This document shows, piece by piece, positions 38,073 to 50,869 of a stretch of 64,000 nt of DNA. The stretch is from Phoronis australis. Taxonomy: Eukaryota; Animalia; Phoronida. The position numbers and the translations under genes are program-made. The stretch lies in the NCBI GenBank assembly GCA_002633005.1, contig NMRA01000778.1:87990-151989 (forward strand), read 5' to 3'. The notes beneath the pieces were generated by a model. It did not search any database, had not been told where the DNA came from, and saw only the letters and a list, made by a program, of their open reading frames with translations. The stretch's first letter is position 1. Each line of letters opens with the position of its first letter.

Positions 38073-39218
38073 ATGGATGAGGAAGATTGCTTTGTCCCAT
38101 CATTAAAACAAGAACCTGCTGCTGACTTGACGAATCGCAATAGCCATAATGACAGAGTAAACACTCACAGTGGAGAGAGATGTTATATCAAACAGGAAGT
38201 GACTGAAGATGCAGTGAATAGTGATGGAGCTGGATATGCTGTGGGTGACAATTTATTTGTAACAACTTATTTCAAACTGGAGTGTGATGAAGACACTGTA
38301 AGGGGAAGTAGTGGTGTGGTTAGTGAGACCAGTTCATGTGCAGGTTACACAAAAGCATTCAGAGATGAGGAAAAATACATGTGTCCTGTGTGTGGAGTGT
38401 TGTGTATGGATGAGGTTCAACTTGTTACGCACACAAGAACACACAAGGGCGAGAAACCATATAAGTGTACTGTATGCGGAAAGGCATTTAGCGTGAGATG
38501 TGCTCTTGTTTCACACACAAAAGCACACATTGACGAGAGATCATTCAAGTGTATTATATGTGAAAAGGTATTTTCAAATAACAAAACTCTTTTTTCCCAT
38601 GCAAGAACCCACACTGGTGAGAAGCCATACAAGTGTACTGTGTGTGGAAAGGCGTTTTCAAGTAATAAAACTCTTGTTTCGCATGCTAGAACCCACACCG
38701 GTGAGAAGCCATACAAGTGTACTGTGTGTGGTAAAGCATTTTCAAAAAACAGTGGGTTCATTTCTCACACAAGAATTCACACTGGTGAGAGGCCATACAA
38801 GTGTGCTGTGTGCGGAAAGACTTTCATTCAAAGCGGTAGACTTACGGTGCACTCAAGAACACATACTGGTGAGAGACCATATCAGTGCACTGTGTGCGGA
38901 AAGGCATTTTCAGAAAAAAATACTCTTACATCACACAGTCGAACACATACTGGCATGAGGCCATACAAGTGTCTTGATTGTGGACAGGCTTTTTCACAGA
39001 AGAGTGGACTTGTTTTTCACACAAGAATACACACTGGCGAGAGACCATACAAGTGTACTGTGTGTGGAAAGGCATTTACAGCGAAAGCTTCACTCGATTC
39101 ACACACAAGAATACACACTGGGGAAAGACCGTACATGTGTAGTGTGTGTGGAAAGTCATTCATTGAACGTGGTGCACTCGCCAAGCACTCAAGAACACAT
39201 ACTAGTGAGAGACCATGA
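38073..39218 (+). CDS. C2H2 zinc-finger protein ZNF-2, 381 aa, 10 fingers plus the conserved N-terminal motif
   Basis: ATG at 38073 follows the family acceptor ctag|ataat; the ORF-track TTG start at 38046 lies in the intron. Confidence 0.95.
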   Translation: MDEEDCFVPSLKQEPAADLTNRNSHNDRVNTHSGERCYIKQEVTEDAVNSDGAGYAVGDNLFVTTYFKLECDEDTVRGSSGVVSETSSCAGYTKAFRDEEKYMCPVCGVLCMDEVQLVTHTRTHKGEKPYKCTVCGKAFSVRCALVSHTKAHIDERSFKCIICEKVFSNNKTLFSHARTHTGEKPYKCTVCGKAFSSNKTLVSHARTHTGEKPYKCTVCGKAFSKNSGFISHTRIHTGERPYKCAVCGKTFIQSGRLTVHSRTHTGERPYQCTVCGKAFSEKNTLTSHSRTHTGMRPYKCLDCGQAFSQKSGLVFHTRIHTGERPYKCTVCGKAFTAKASLDSHTRIHTGERPYMCSVCGKSFIERGALAKHSRTHTSERP

Positions 39219-39327
39219 ATATGTGCTTCTGATGCTATGTGTTTCAAAGATGAAATAAGTCTTATTAGTGATACTTTTCCGTGCACTGGTGAGAAACTAT
39301 ACATGTGTCACATTATACCGCACATTG

Positions 39328-40324
39328 CAGTGGCGGATCTAGGATATCACAAGGGGGGGGGCCCAACATTTTGTCCGGCTGCAAGCATTTGCGTAAAGTG
39401 AACCACTATTGTAGATGTGCATAGGAAATTTTTCTGTTTTACCTCTAAAAATCAAGCATTTTCCTTGATTCCTGAAGTATTATCCAAGAAAAAAAAAGCA
39501 AAAAAAAAAAAACGGAGAACCTGTCAAACAGGAAAAACTGCGAGTTCCGAAGAATCGAACTCATGACCTGGCAGTTAGAGCGCGCGTGCATTACCAGTAC
39601 ACCACCACGAACGAACTACTAACCACATACTAAGAGACCTACTCGTTTATGGTCCACAGCGTTTGCGCGCGAAACCTACTTCTTTTTGTAATGCTTATTA
39701 CACGTTTTATATTTTGTGCCATCAATTTTTAACAAATTTGGTGTATTTAAAATAGTCTTCAAATGCCCAAAAGACCAAATCCCTCTTTCGTGTTGGCAAT
39801 AATGACAGAATTGCTTTAGAATTCGTCCTAAGATAAGGTTTGACAAAGATAGTATTGCGAGTTTCTGAGTGTTTCAGTAAGGCTTCGATTAAAATTCACA
39901 TCTTACCAGCAGCCTCTGTTTTTTCATCGTCACTCAGGTTCCATTTCTTTAAAAAATGAAGTAAATTTTCTTCATTGCACAGTGGAGCAGACGACGGAAA
40001 AGGAGTCATAGTGCGCAGCGCCACTGCCGGTCGCCTGGGATATCGCGGGAGAGCCTATACTTAGCCATAGTTCTGTTATGAATGCGCCGTGTTCAGAATT
40101 TGACACTTGAAATTGGATTTGAGTACCCCCCAACACTAAATTTACACACATTTAAATCTTTTTCCATCCGCTTAATTTTAATTACCGGGGTTAATTAATA
40201 AACTCAACATATCCCTAGCTCTTACTGTTTTATTTTTTCAAGCAAGTTTGCGGCAGCCAAGGGGGGGGCAGGGGGCCTGCCCCCCNNNNNNNNNNNNNNN
40301 NCCCCCCCCCTAAATCCGCCTATG
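39328..40324. mobile_element. About 1-kb non-autonomous TIR element with 5-bp target-site duplication and an internal tRNA-like segment (39541-39610, minus strand)
   Basis: CATTG|CAGTGGCGGATCTAGG ... CCTAAATCCGCCTATG|CATTG. Confidence 0.9.
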
Positions 40325-41162
40325 CATTGATTAGAAAGGTGTGTTCTACTTATAGCAAGTCTTTCACATTTGGTAGACTGTACATTGGTGAGAAGTCATC
40401 TATGCGTTAGGTTTGTACAAAATGCTTAAGTCGAGGATGTGGTCTGCTTAGTCACACACAAGCATTTGCTGGTTGTTAGTAAGGACCCATGCAGTCTGGG
40501 TAATGTTTCCAAGGAAATTTAAGCTTGTTTAACAAACGCGTTTGCACAGTTCAGAGACTCTCGTTGACTTGCTGTGGATGGAGAAATTGTTTCTTGTCAT
40601 AATTCGTCATGGAAAATGTTAGGCTTTGATTATTTTTGTTAAATCGTGCCAAAAAATGGTTGACGACACTTGTACGAAGCCTTTAGATAGCATGGATACT
40701 GCATGCACACTGATGAGAATCCACACCATGATTTCTGCTGTCTTCTTCTCAACATGAGTAATTGCTTCAGTTTTGCCCGAGGTTCTGTCAAAGTTAATTT
40801 TAGCAGGGTAACAATAAGAAGACGTATTTGTAGGTGTATTTGTCAAAATGGGAACTCCATTGCAGATGACTGACTGGTGAGAGTTGGTGCTATTGTGTTG
40901 ATATAGGTGTTAGTGTGAGTGTTATTGAATAAAAATAACTTGTGCCAATTCTGATTTCCTAAGAGTCCTCTTGTACGTTTGGCATACATGTATGTTATTC
41001 CCAACTCTCACGAAGTTTGAATAGAAGACAGTTTTGTTCGTAGCATGTTTTGTTTAAGTACATTTGATGCCACCGGACACAACTGTTGTAGCCACTGGGC
41101 CTCCTTTAGAAAATGGCAAGAAGTTTTATGGCAATGGTTTTTATTGGAAGTCATGGACGTAA

Positions 41163-41503
41163 TACTAGGATTGTCCGTATATAAGCCCACCCCATGAAAA
41201 TTTTGCCGAATAAACGCCCATGTGTATTTATTTTGTGTTACAACTTCTGTTGTCACAAATTCAGTTGAGAATTTATCATTTACAAAAAGGGACGAGGTGT
41301 TTGCGAACTATGCATTTATTAACATAAAATTCAAACACAGTTTTAAGTAAAAAGTGTCTAAGTCAGGAAAACTATGACGTTTCGTTTACACGTTCCCCTT
41401 TTCTGAATAAATGCGTGGGCGTTTATTTGATGTTACTAAAACACCTGAAAATTTTCATTTTCCGAATACACACGCATGGGCTTATCTATAGAAAATCCTG
41501 GTG
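41163..41503. mobile_element. Degenerate pogo/Tc1-like MITE
   Basis: tactaggattgtccgtatataagccca is an imperfect inverted match to tgggcttatctatagaaaatcctggtg. Confidence 0.5.
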
Positions 41504-41762
41504 TTATTGTTTCATGAAATCTGTACAGAAAAGAAAGTCTGTCTAAAATGTTAGCTAATGATGCACTTATAGTTACAAATAAATTCAAGAAATACACAAA
41601 TTGCAAAACGAAATGTCTGAATCACATCTGTCAGTACAATACCACGCCTTAGTTCAAACTCGGAACCAGTACTGGTTCCTAGGATCAAAGTGCCCTGCTC
41701 ACTGAGTGCCTGCTGACAACTAACCTACGGCAACTGAACATTATAGGCCAGAGTCTTCAATT

Positions 41763-43118
41763 ATACTACACATACCGGTATTCAACTGTACATGTATATC
41801 ACACTCATACAATAGTCGTCATTTTCAGCACGACCTCATAACGTATACATTAGTATATGTAGTAATGTAACTACATGATAACGTCACTCTGGGTAATGTG
41901 CGAATTTTGTATCGAATGAACATGATAAAAGACTACCAGCTCACGTCAAAATACAGGACAACGGTTTGACAAAGACTGGCGAATTCTGCATGTTCAGATG
42001 CTGCTATGGGTATACAAAACAATGTCTGCTTGACCTTGTTTCCCAAGCAGAGAAACCAGTGTGAAAAGAACATTTTTACGCACCCTTGGGTGTAGTGTCA
42101 CCCATGAAATGTTCATGCCGATGCTACCGTTTCATGTATAAGGCAGCATTAAATTTTTGGATGGAATAGTACGTAATGCTTTTTTTTTCACTGTGATATA
42201 TATTTATTGAAGGATACACAGAACGTACAAAGAAATAATAACAAACCCAGAAACCGCGAAGCATTATATCTGGGTTGTAAACAATTCATAAATGAAACTT
42301 ATATACATAGAGGTATATACAATTAAGTAGTATCTAAAATAAGTATTCCAATACTTAGACATGCTATTACAGATATATAAAAACAAAAATATNTGACTGG
42401 CGACTGACTGCCGCGAAGTCGACATCGGCGAGTGCCTCAGTTAACAGGTATCGGTAGAATAATCATGGAATAATCGTTAAAATAATCACAAACCTTACCT
42501 TTGCATGAGGTCGTGCTTACTTCCTCTCATAGAAGCACCCTTTTTACGCAATCTCAGATTCAGTTGGCACGGATGCAAGCCATTTCACCATGTATTTAAA
42601 GGGCTCGCGAAATCGAGGCTGTTAATCTATCACCACTAGTACACTCACGCCCTCTAGTTATGGTAGATTTTCCGAATAGCCCCATTATACTACACATACC
42701 GGTATTCAAATAAGGTGTAGATAGATCACACTCATACCATAGTCGTCATTTTCAGCACGACCTCATAACGTATACATTAGTATATGTAGTAATGTAAGGA
42801 CATGATAACGTCACTCTGGGTAATGGGCGAATTTTGTATCGAATGAACATGATAAAAGACTACCAGCTCACGTCAAAATACATGACAACGGTTTGACAAT
42901 GAAAGACTGGCGAATAGCGCTGCATGTTCAGATGCTGTTATGGGTATACAAAACAATGTCTGCTTGACCTTGTTTCCCAAGCGGAGAAACCACTGGCAGA
43001 GTGAAAACATTTTTACGCATCCTTGGGTGTAGTGTCACCCATGAAATGTTCATGCCGATGCTACCCTTTAGTGTATAAGGCACCATTAAATTTTTGGATG
43101 GAATAGTACGTAATGCTC
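41763..43118. repeat. Direct duplication, 41763-42180 and 42687-43118, with a single N at 42393 between the copies
   Basis: About 420 bp highly similar; the first copy is followed by a LINE tail and the second is not. Confidence 0.9.
42190..42392 (-). mobile_element. 3' tail of the same LINE family as 34120-34649, cut by N
   Basis: About 200 bp near-identical to 34122-34322. Confidence 0.85.
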
Positions 43119-46100
43119 GATGCTGTTTTTGGAGTTAGTACAAAAATTCCCTGATGCCTATTGTAAAGACAATCGGGAAACTGCTATTAACTTTCTATTT
43201 AATAAATCCAGATTCTAAAGCAGAAAACGTCATCACTTCAATTGTTTCTCGGTCCTATATGTATATAAGATACTCCAACTAAAGCAATAGTTCATTATGT
43301 TCACATTAAGGGATGTTCCGATTCTAATCCAGATCATTGGGATTGAAACAGCTGCACATTGTCACGGAGGTGTCAACTCATTACGTGTTGTGCATTTGTT
43401 CTGATGTGGGTCAAATTCAAACAAAAGTCTCGCACTTGGGAACGTGACATTCAGTTTTTGTCGAAAATGGTCCCTTGTGAGTTTGAACGCCTCCCACACA
43501 GGCTCGTCACAAGCGGTATTGTCCCTTATGGCCCCGGCAATCGGAAAGGGTTACTATGAAGACCGTGCCGGAAACGTACGCATTAAGTCGGAGTTTTAAC
43601 AAGAAACATGATTCAAATTTATTGATCTCATACATAGAAAACTTTTGAGTTTATTTCACTTGCCAGTGCTACATCATGACTCGAATTGTACGATGACACT
43701 TGGCTTACCTCAAAATCCAACTGCTGCCTGGTGGTTTAGTAATAAAAATGAAATCTAATACAATTAAATGAACTTCAAATCCGTGCCAGGGATTTTATTT
43801 AAATTGATCATAACTTAAGTTATTTTGATATGAAGTTGAAATTTTGACTGAATGTTGTGTATTTGCCAATTCTCAAAAACAAAATACAAAAACACTACCG
43901 TATGTGATGATGGCTTTATGGTCATAATTATGTATTGGTGTCTTCAATAAAATAAGACTATTGGAAGATTTTGAAATCTGCGGCGGAATTTTTTTTGGAA
44001 AAGCCATCACGAAAAAGTGAGCGTTTTGGGAAAATCTGAATATATTTCTTATTTAAAAAATAAGCACCCTAAAAACATTTTCTCTGTCAAGTTGCAGGGT
44101 CGTATTTACGGGACGACATATATTTAAGTTTACACATCTTTCAGAAGAACATGGAAAAACAAAACAGTGTATGTACCTCCCTTATGGTTACAGGCTGGGA
44201 CTGGTGCTCACTGATGGAAAACCAAGTCAAGTAATCTATTAAAGCAAGCCCATATTTTCGACTTAACGATAGCGACGGTCTTCTTTGACGCAATGTCCTT
44301 GGTGACCGACGACATCCAATATCTTACCACTGCAATTTCCTATCACTATAGGTCTAAAATTTGTGTTCATTTTGAATCCTTTTATTACGAAAATGCCCGA
44401 GTCGGCCTAAATTATGTCGTTTGGATTTTATTCTAAATTGATGTTATTTGAAAAGCGAAACCAGAACTGAACGCCTTCGTCACTACTGTAAATCCAGACA
44501 ACTGTGAGTCGAGTGTCGCAGTGTTCGGCGATGATGGTCACGAATCCGTTTAGGTTCGTGAAACTCACTGTAACAACCATTGTCAAGGAAAACAACTCAG
44601 ATCTAGAAATATATACGATTGCGACATCTTTTTGAAAAACCAGGTCCTTTCCCACTGACTGACCTTAAATCCTAGCTGTAGGCCTATGAGTTCCGAACTT
44701 GAAATCATCGGCGCGTTAGTGCGGCACCGTAATATTATCAGAAGGCGCGTCTGCCAGTTTAAAATATAATCGTTCCTCCTAATTAGTCAAACTTAAGTTG
44801 AGATTGAAGCGTAATAAGTATCCTGTTAGTGGCTTGATGGATATGGTTCAGTGAATCACGTTTACTGAAGTTGAAATTGCACAAGCAGTGCTGTAGTGGG
44901 GCGTAGGCGCAGTCAACCACCTTTTGGGCATTTGAACGTAGCGCCAACGCACCGTAAGTTACGTTCAGCGCTCAAGTGTTGAGGTGGGCTTTGGGCGCCT
45001 ACTTACCTCTAATTTTACCACTGTAGTACTCTACGTGACTCAAATAGGACAAATAATTTATTGATGGTATTATTTTACGCCGGCTCTAACCGGATTATAC
45101 ATAGATTGGCCAGAATTCCCTGCTGGCCCTAACTGCAGTAGGCCTACCATAGACCTGACAACATCAACGATTCGCAACTCCGATATTTCAGTTCTCATAG
45201 AATACCCAAAAGAGGCGCTACTGTCCGGTTATTGAGTGAGCATGCTGTGCGTGTGTGTGAACTTGGAATTGAATATTCTTTACGGCAAAAAGGTGTAATT
45301 TTTGTTCGGTGAAAAGAATTATTGTAATTATTGCATGCGCTCACCCAGCCCTTTTGCTAACAAAAGAGCGGGCAGACTAAAAAAAACCAAAAAAAAAAAA
45401 CCGAAGCACCACTGTGAATTGCGCGTTTGCGCTTATTATTTACTTCATTGGAGCCCCCCCCCGCCAGAGCCCCCCCCTGGGTGCGCTCATGTATTGNNNN
45501 NNNNNNNNNNNNNNNNNNNNNNNNNNNNNNNNNNNNNNNNNNNNNNNNNNNNNNNNNNNNNNNNNNNNNNNNNNNNNNNNNNNNNNNNNNNNNNNNNNNN
45601 NNNNNNNNNNNNNNNNNNNNNNNNNNNNNNNNNNNNNNNGAACTTGTCAAGTTGCCTCGCGTACTTTAAGTTCACGCAACACCCACTTTTGCTTTATCTT
45701 GAGATTAAGCAGGATTCCAAGTTCACGTACAGCAAGCAGACGACATGGCAGACACCAGGCGCCGCTAGTGAATAGTGACGTTCTCGTTGTGTAGGTTGTG
45801 GTGGTGGTCGCGGCTTGTGCGCAATATCATTGAGCATTTAGAGTTGGAGGTGCTTGTACTTGGGACAAGATTGGATCGTCTGCCCTCTCAACATTTATCA
45901 TAATTCCAGGTGAGTACATGTAATTGAAAATCGTGTTCACGGGGTCCTGACTTTTCTTCAAAATGGCTGCCGGGTAAAGTTTGGCAGTAGGCCTAGCTGT
46001 CTCACGTCGGCAGAGTGTAATTTTGACCAAGCACCTTTTGTATGACATACATTCTACAGTATTCACACGATGGAATCTTTGAAGTCGAAGGGAAAGAAGA

Positions 46101-48706
46101 GTCTTTCTGTCCAACTATCCCATTTTGACCATAGTGTATTGGGGACGATCAGCTGAGGATGCTTCAATTGTGATTTTGACATGCTGACCATAACTGTTCT
46201 TTGCCTAAAACAAAAGTTATTGAATTAACTGTCGTGAGGACACGGTAATTGCGTGATTTGTACTGTACATGTAATATTGAATCAGGGCTCGACATAACGA
46301 GCTGCAGGTCGCATTTGCAACCTGAAATTTGGAAATGTGAGCTGATATTTTTGCTAGCTTAATGTATCAAATGTCATAATGCAACCTAGAATTTCCAACA
46401 TATGCAAGCTGAATTTTTACACTTCTTGCCAGAAACCAGGCAAATATAAAGCAACTGGTGGGAATCCAACCGTTATTTGGTTGTTGCCAAATCAAAACCG
46501 AGGACAGCGGTCCCGATGACTTCACTTGTAAGCATGTCGCATGAGCACATGGATAATGCAGAATCAATCTTTGACGCGTTTCATTGTCTAGCATTTTCAA
46601 CTACTTTTGCAAATTTCCGGATGTGCCGAAGAAGAAAGTTTCGGACCACAGCATACCTAGTGATAAAATGCCACAAAGCAGCAGTGTTTACTAATTCTTA
46701 GTCGTTCATCTTGCCCAACTTTGTGGTGGAAAAACATATTTATTTTTCACGTGACATGTCCTTATTGTCAAATATCCTCGGCAAAATCCCTGATATCGCA
46801 CTAAGGCACTGGCTGATGGTTCCGTTGTTAGCATGTAAGCAGTCACGTTTTTTATCTCAAAAGTGAAAATGACAACACCATTAATCAACAAACGACGACC
46901 ACGCCTTTACTTGCAGCAAAGTTGTAGACCCCAAGAAATTCTCAAACTGTACTTGTTTCTGGGGGTACGTGCGTGACATACGATTCGTCTGTCACATGCT
47001 GTTGCCAGCGTAAATGTAGGCCTACTCTAGCAATTCAAGTGGGTGAACTCGCGCGCGCCAGTACAAAGCTATATATCAAAAGAGAACAGCAACAGTCCTA
47101 AATTGAAGAGTATACCGGCTTGGCTCTGTTAAGCACTCATGTTCCAATGGTTTATTTGACAATGAACTTAATAGATTCCCGGCGGTTAAGAAAGACCGGA
47201 TACGTTATACCCAGGACCGATGTAGTCCAGAACAGATATTTTCCTGTTCCGATGTTCCCCGGGTCGATGTTCCCAAGGCCCGATGGTCTATGTCTGTAGC
47301 CAGCTATTGCAACTAAACGATTAGATGCGAAATTGTGGTTAGCGAACTTTTTATTAATCTTCTCTTCATGCATACCCCCACCAATTTTTCGCTCCCTGGA
47401 CCATGCCGTAAAATTAATTTTAATTTAGTCCAATAGAAAGAATTTTGTTCCAGATGAAGCAGGAAATTAAAATCAAAATAATTCCAGGTGCCTAAAAACC
47501 GTACAGTGTAGGTCATAACGAGAGCCAGAAGGTCAGACCTACTAGATGAAGTTTGCCTCACAAAATCATATAATAAATTTCCATACTATTGCAGTCTTTC
47601 AATATCTTGTTACTGCAAACACTTGGATTAATGATTGTGTTCACCCATGCGCCTACTCCCTACCTTTCAAGTGTTTCATAATAAGCACTCGCTGCTCTAC
47701 TAACTGTTCCCCTCAACTTTTGACAATTTCCCTATTAAGCGCCCACAGTTCAGGCTGGCGCCCATCATAGAGCACAACAAACAATCGTATGTGGTTTGAA
47801 ATTTGCACACAACAAACTTGAATTACTCAATGGAAACCCGCACGGATTGGGGGATTATTTCACGGCTTTTCATTTCTTAGAAAACTAATTGTTGAGGTCC
47901 AAATCCGACACTGGGCGTCCAGTTGGACACCTTGGACGCTTGCTAGATGAAGCCCTGCTTGTATGGTTTCACTAAAGCTTTCAACAACTGCCACCAGTTC
48001 ACAAACAAAAAGTCCAGGGCCAAGGAACTCAAATCTTGCAAGTTCTGGTTAACAGCATTTCAACAACAGTGAAAAATGCTGTATTTCCCTTATTTTTTAT
48101 TGGCTAACCAGGTTGCTTAAATGTATCGGCCCTTATCGTGTGCTGCGAAAAAGGTAATGGTGACTGAAAAGTGGGTAGGAATTCTAAGTGCTAATGTAGG
48201 TAATAATTCTAAATGTGAAGTGTATTTTTGACAATGTAAAAACTTATTACTTTTTACCAGGAATTGTAGTGGGCGCTAATGCATGCATAGCCTGGCTAGG
48301 TGAGCTGTAGCTCCAGTGACAGACTAGTAGGAACTACATGTTTGTTGCCTGGGCTATGCATGAGTTCATTGCGTCTATCTTCTTGCACTTCTTGTGTTGA
48401 TGCCAAGTTTTAGCTTGTAAAGTAACCAATGTGTGATTTGAGATTCTATTGACCATTTTGAACTAAATGCAGTTAAGTGTTAGTTTGTGTCACAAATTAC
48501 CACAGCACTTTTTCTCCTCTTGACATTGTTGGTAGGCAGGTCCGCACACTGTTGGTAGGCAGGTCCGCACACTGTTGGTAGTTTCTACATTAATTATTAA
48601 CTTCACAACGTGTTTGCCTGAGTGTGTGATATCAAGACAACTGTTTGTCTTCTCTAAGCAAGCTTCAATTACAATTTAAGTCTTTATCTTTATACTTCTA
48701 GATATT

Positions 48707-49768
48707 ATGGAGGAGGAGAAGAGCTGTGTACCAACAATAAAACAAGAACCGGATGATGACTCGAAGAATGGAGACAGTAACAATGATAGTGTAAACACTC
48801 ACAGTGGAGAGAGATGTTATATCAAACAGGAGATGACTGAAGACGCAGTGAATAGTGATGGAGCTGGGTATGCTGTGGGTGACAATTTATTCGTAACGAC
48901 TTATTTCAAACTGGAGTGTGATGAAGACACTGTAAGAGGAAGTAATGCCGGGGTTAGTGAGACCAGTTCATGTGCGGGTCACACAAAAACAATCACAGGT
49001 GAGGAACAATACCCGTGTCATGTATGTGGAATATTGTACACGGATGAGATTAAACTTGTTATGCATATAAGAACCCACAAGGGCGAGAAACGATTTAAAT
49101 GTTCTTTTTGTGGAAAGGCGTTTAAACTCAGAACTGCCCTTGTTTCACACATAAGAATACACACCGGGGAGAAACCATACAAGTGTACTGTATGTGACAA
49201 GGCTTTTTCAGTGAGTAGCAGTCTTAATTTGCACACAAGAACCCACACTGGCGAGAGACCATACACATGTACTTTATGTGGAAAGACATTTTCAAGCAAC
49301 AGTGGATTTGTTTCACACAGACGATTTCACACAGGAGAGAGGCCTTACAAGTGTACTGTATGCGGGAAGTGTTTTATTGAAAACAGTAAACTTACTAAAC
49401 ACTCAAGAACACATACTGGTGAGAGACCGTACAAGTGCACTGTATGCGAAAAAGCATTTTCAGAGAAAAGTGCTCTCGTTTCCCACACTCGAACTCATAC
49501 TGGCAAGAGGCCATACAAGTGTCTTGTGTGTGGACAAGCGTTTTCACAGAATGGTGGACTTAGTGCGCATACTAGAACCCACACTGGCGAGAGACCATAC
49601 AAATGTAGTGTGTGTGGAAAGGCATTTACAGGGAAAACTTCACTCGATTCACACACAAGAATACACACTGGCGAAAGACCGTACATGTGTAGTATATGTG
49701 GAAAGTCGTATATTGAACGTGGTGCACTTTCCAAGCACTCAAGAAAACATACTAGTGAGAGACCATAA
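48707..49768 (+). CDS. C2H2 zinc-finger protein ZNF-3, 353 aa, 9 fingers plus the conserved N-terminal motif
   Basis: Intact ORF after acceptor ctag|atatt. Confidence 0.95.
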   Translation: MEEEKSCVPTIKQEPDDDSKNGDSNNDSVNTHSGERCYIKQEMTEDAVNSDGAGYAVGDNLFVTTYFKLECDEDTVRGSNAGVSETSSCAGHTKTITGEEQYPCHVCGILYTDEIKLVMHIRTHKGEKRFKCSFCGKAFKLRTALVSHIRIHTGEKPYKCTVCDKAFSVSSSLNLHTRTHTGERPYTCTLCGKTFSSNSGFVSHRRFHTGERPYKCTVCGKCFIENSKLTKHSRTHTGERPYKCTVCEKAFSEKSALVSHTRTHTGKRPYKCLVCGQAFSQNGGLSAHTRTHTGERPYKCSVCGKAFTGKTSLDSHTRIHTGERPYMCSICGKSYIERGALSKHSRKHTSERP

Positions 49769-50869
49769 CTATGTGCTGCTGATGGATGTGTCTCAAAGGT
49801 GACAAAAGTCTTATTAATAACACTAAACTGAGCGATGGTGAGAAGACATTCATGTGTTCTATGCATGTCAAGTGTTTCATATTTGGTAGACGGCACATTG
49901 GTGAAAAATCATCAATGTGTTATGTTTGTGCAAAATATTTAAGTCAAAGACATGGGACCCGTTCCAACAAAACTGACTTAGCTAAGACAAATCCTAAATT
50001 ATATAGTAAATTTTAAATAAAAGTTAAATTTATTTCAAAATCAATTCAAGAAAGAGATCTTAAGTTGATTTATAATAAGTGTTTGACAAGTTTTGTCTTA
50101 ATTTTGACTAACTCACCGAATGTGGAGGTTTCGAAATTTGGAAGTTAAGACAAATCTCAAACTTAAGTCAAAAATGAACTTAAGTCAGTTTCTTGTNCCA
50201 CCAGTTCACAGACAAAAAGTCCAGGGCCAAGGAACTCAATTCTTGCAAGTTTTGGTTAACAGCATTTCAACAACAATGAAAAATGCTGCAAAATTGGGTA
50301 GAAATTCTAAGTGCTAAAATAAATGTAGGTAATAATTCTAAATGTGAAGTGTGTTTTTGACGATTTAAAAACTTATTACTTTTTACCAGGAATTGTAGAG
50401 GGCGCTAATGCATGCATAGCCTGGCTAGGTGAGTTGTAGCTCCAATGACAGGCTAGCAGGAACTACATGTTGCCTGGGCTATGCATGAGTTCATTGCGTC
50501 TATCTTCTTGCACTTCTTGTGTTGATGCCAAGTTTTAGCTTATAAAGTAAGCAATGTGTGATTTGAGATTGTATTGACCAATCTGAACTAAATGCAGAAG
50601 TGTTAGTTTGTGTCACAAATTACCACAGCACTTTTTCTCCTCTTGACATTGTTGGTAGGCAGGTCCGCACACTGTTGGTAGGCAGGTCCGCACACTGTTG
50701 GTAGGCAGGTCCGCACACTGTTGGTAGGCAGGTCCGCACACGGTTGGTAGTTTCTACTTCATTAACTCCACAATGTGTTTGCATGAGTGTGATATCAAGA
50801 CAATTGTTTGTCTTCTCTAAGCAAGCTTCAATTACAATTTAAGTCTTTATCTTTATACTTCTAGATATT

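Noticed and set aside
39216-39218. TGA in ZNF-2 as selenocysteine or programmed readthrough
   Set aside because: Paralogs have TAA at the same position, the downstream finger relic is degenerate, and no SECIS was recognised
39541-39610. tRNA-like sequence as a functional tRNA gene (also about 32521, 62031, 62370)
   Set aside because: No consistent acceptor or anticodon stem, the copies differ in the anticodon region, and all lie inside a transposon
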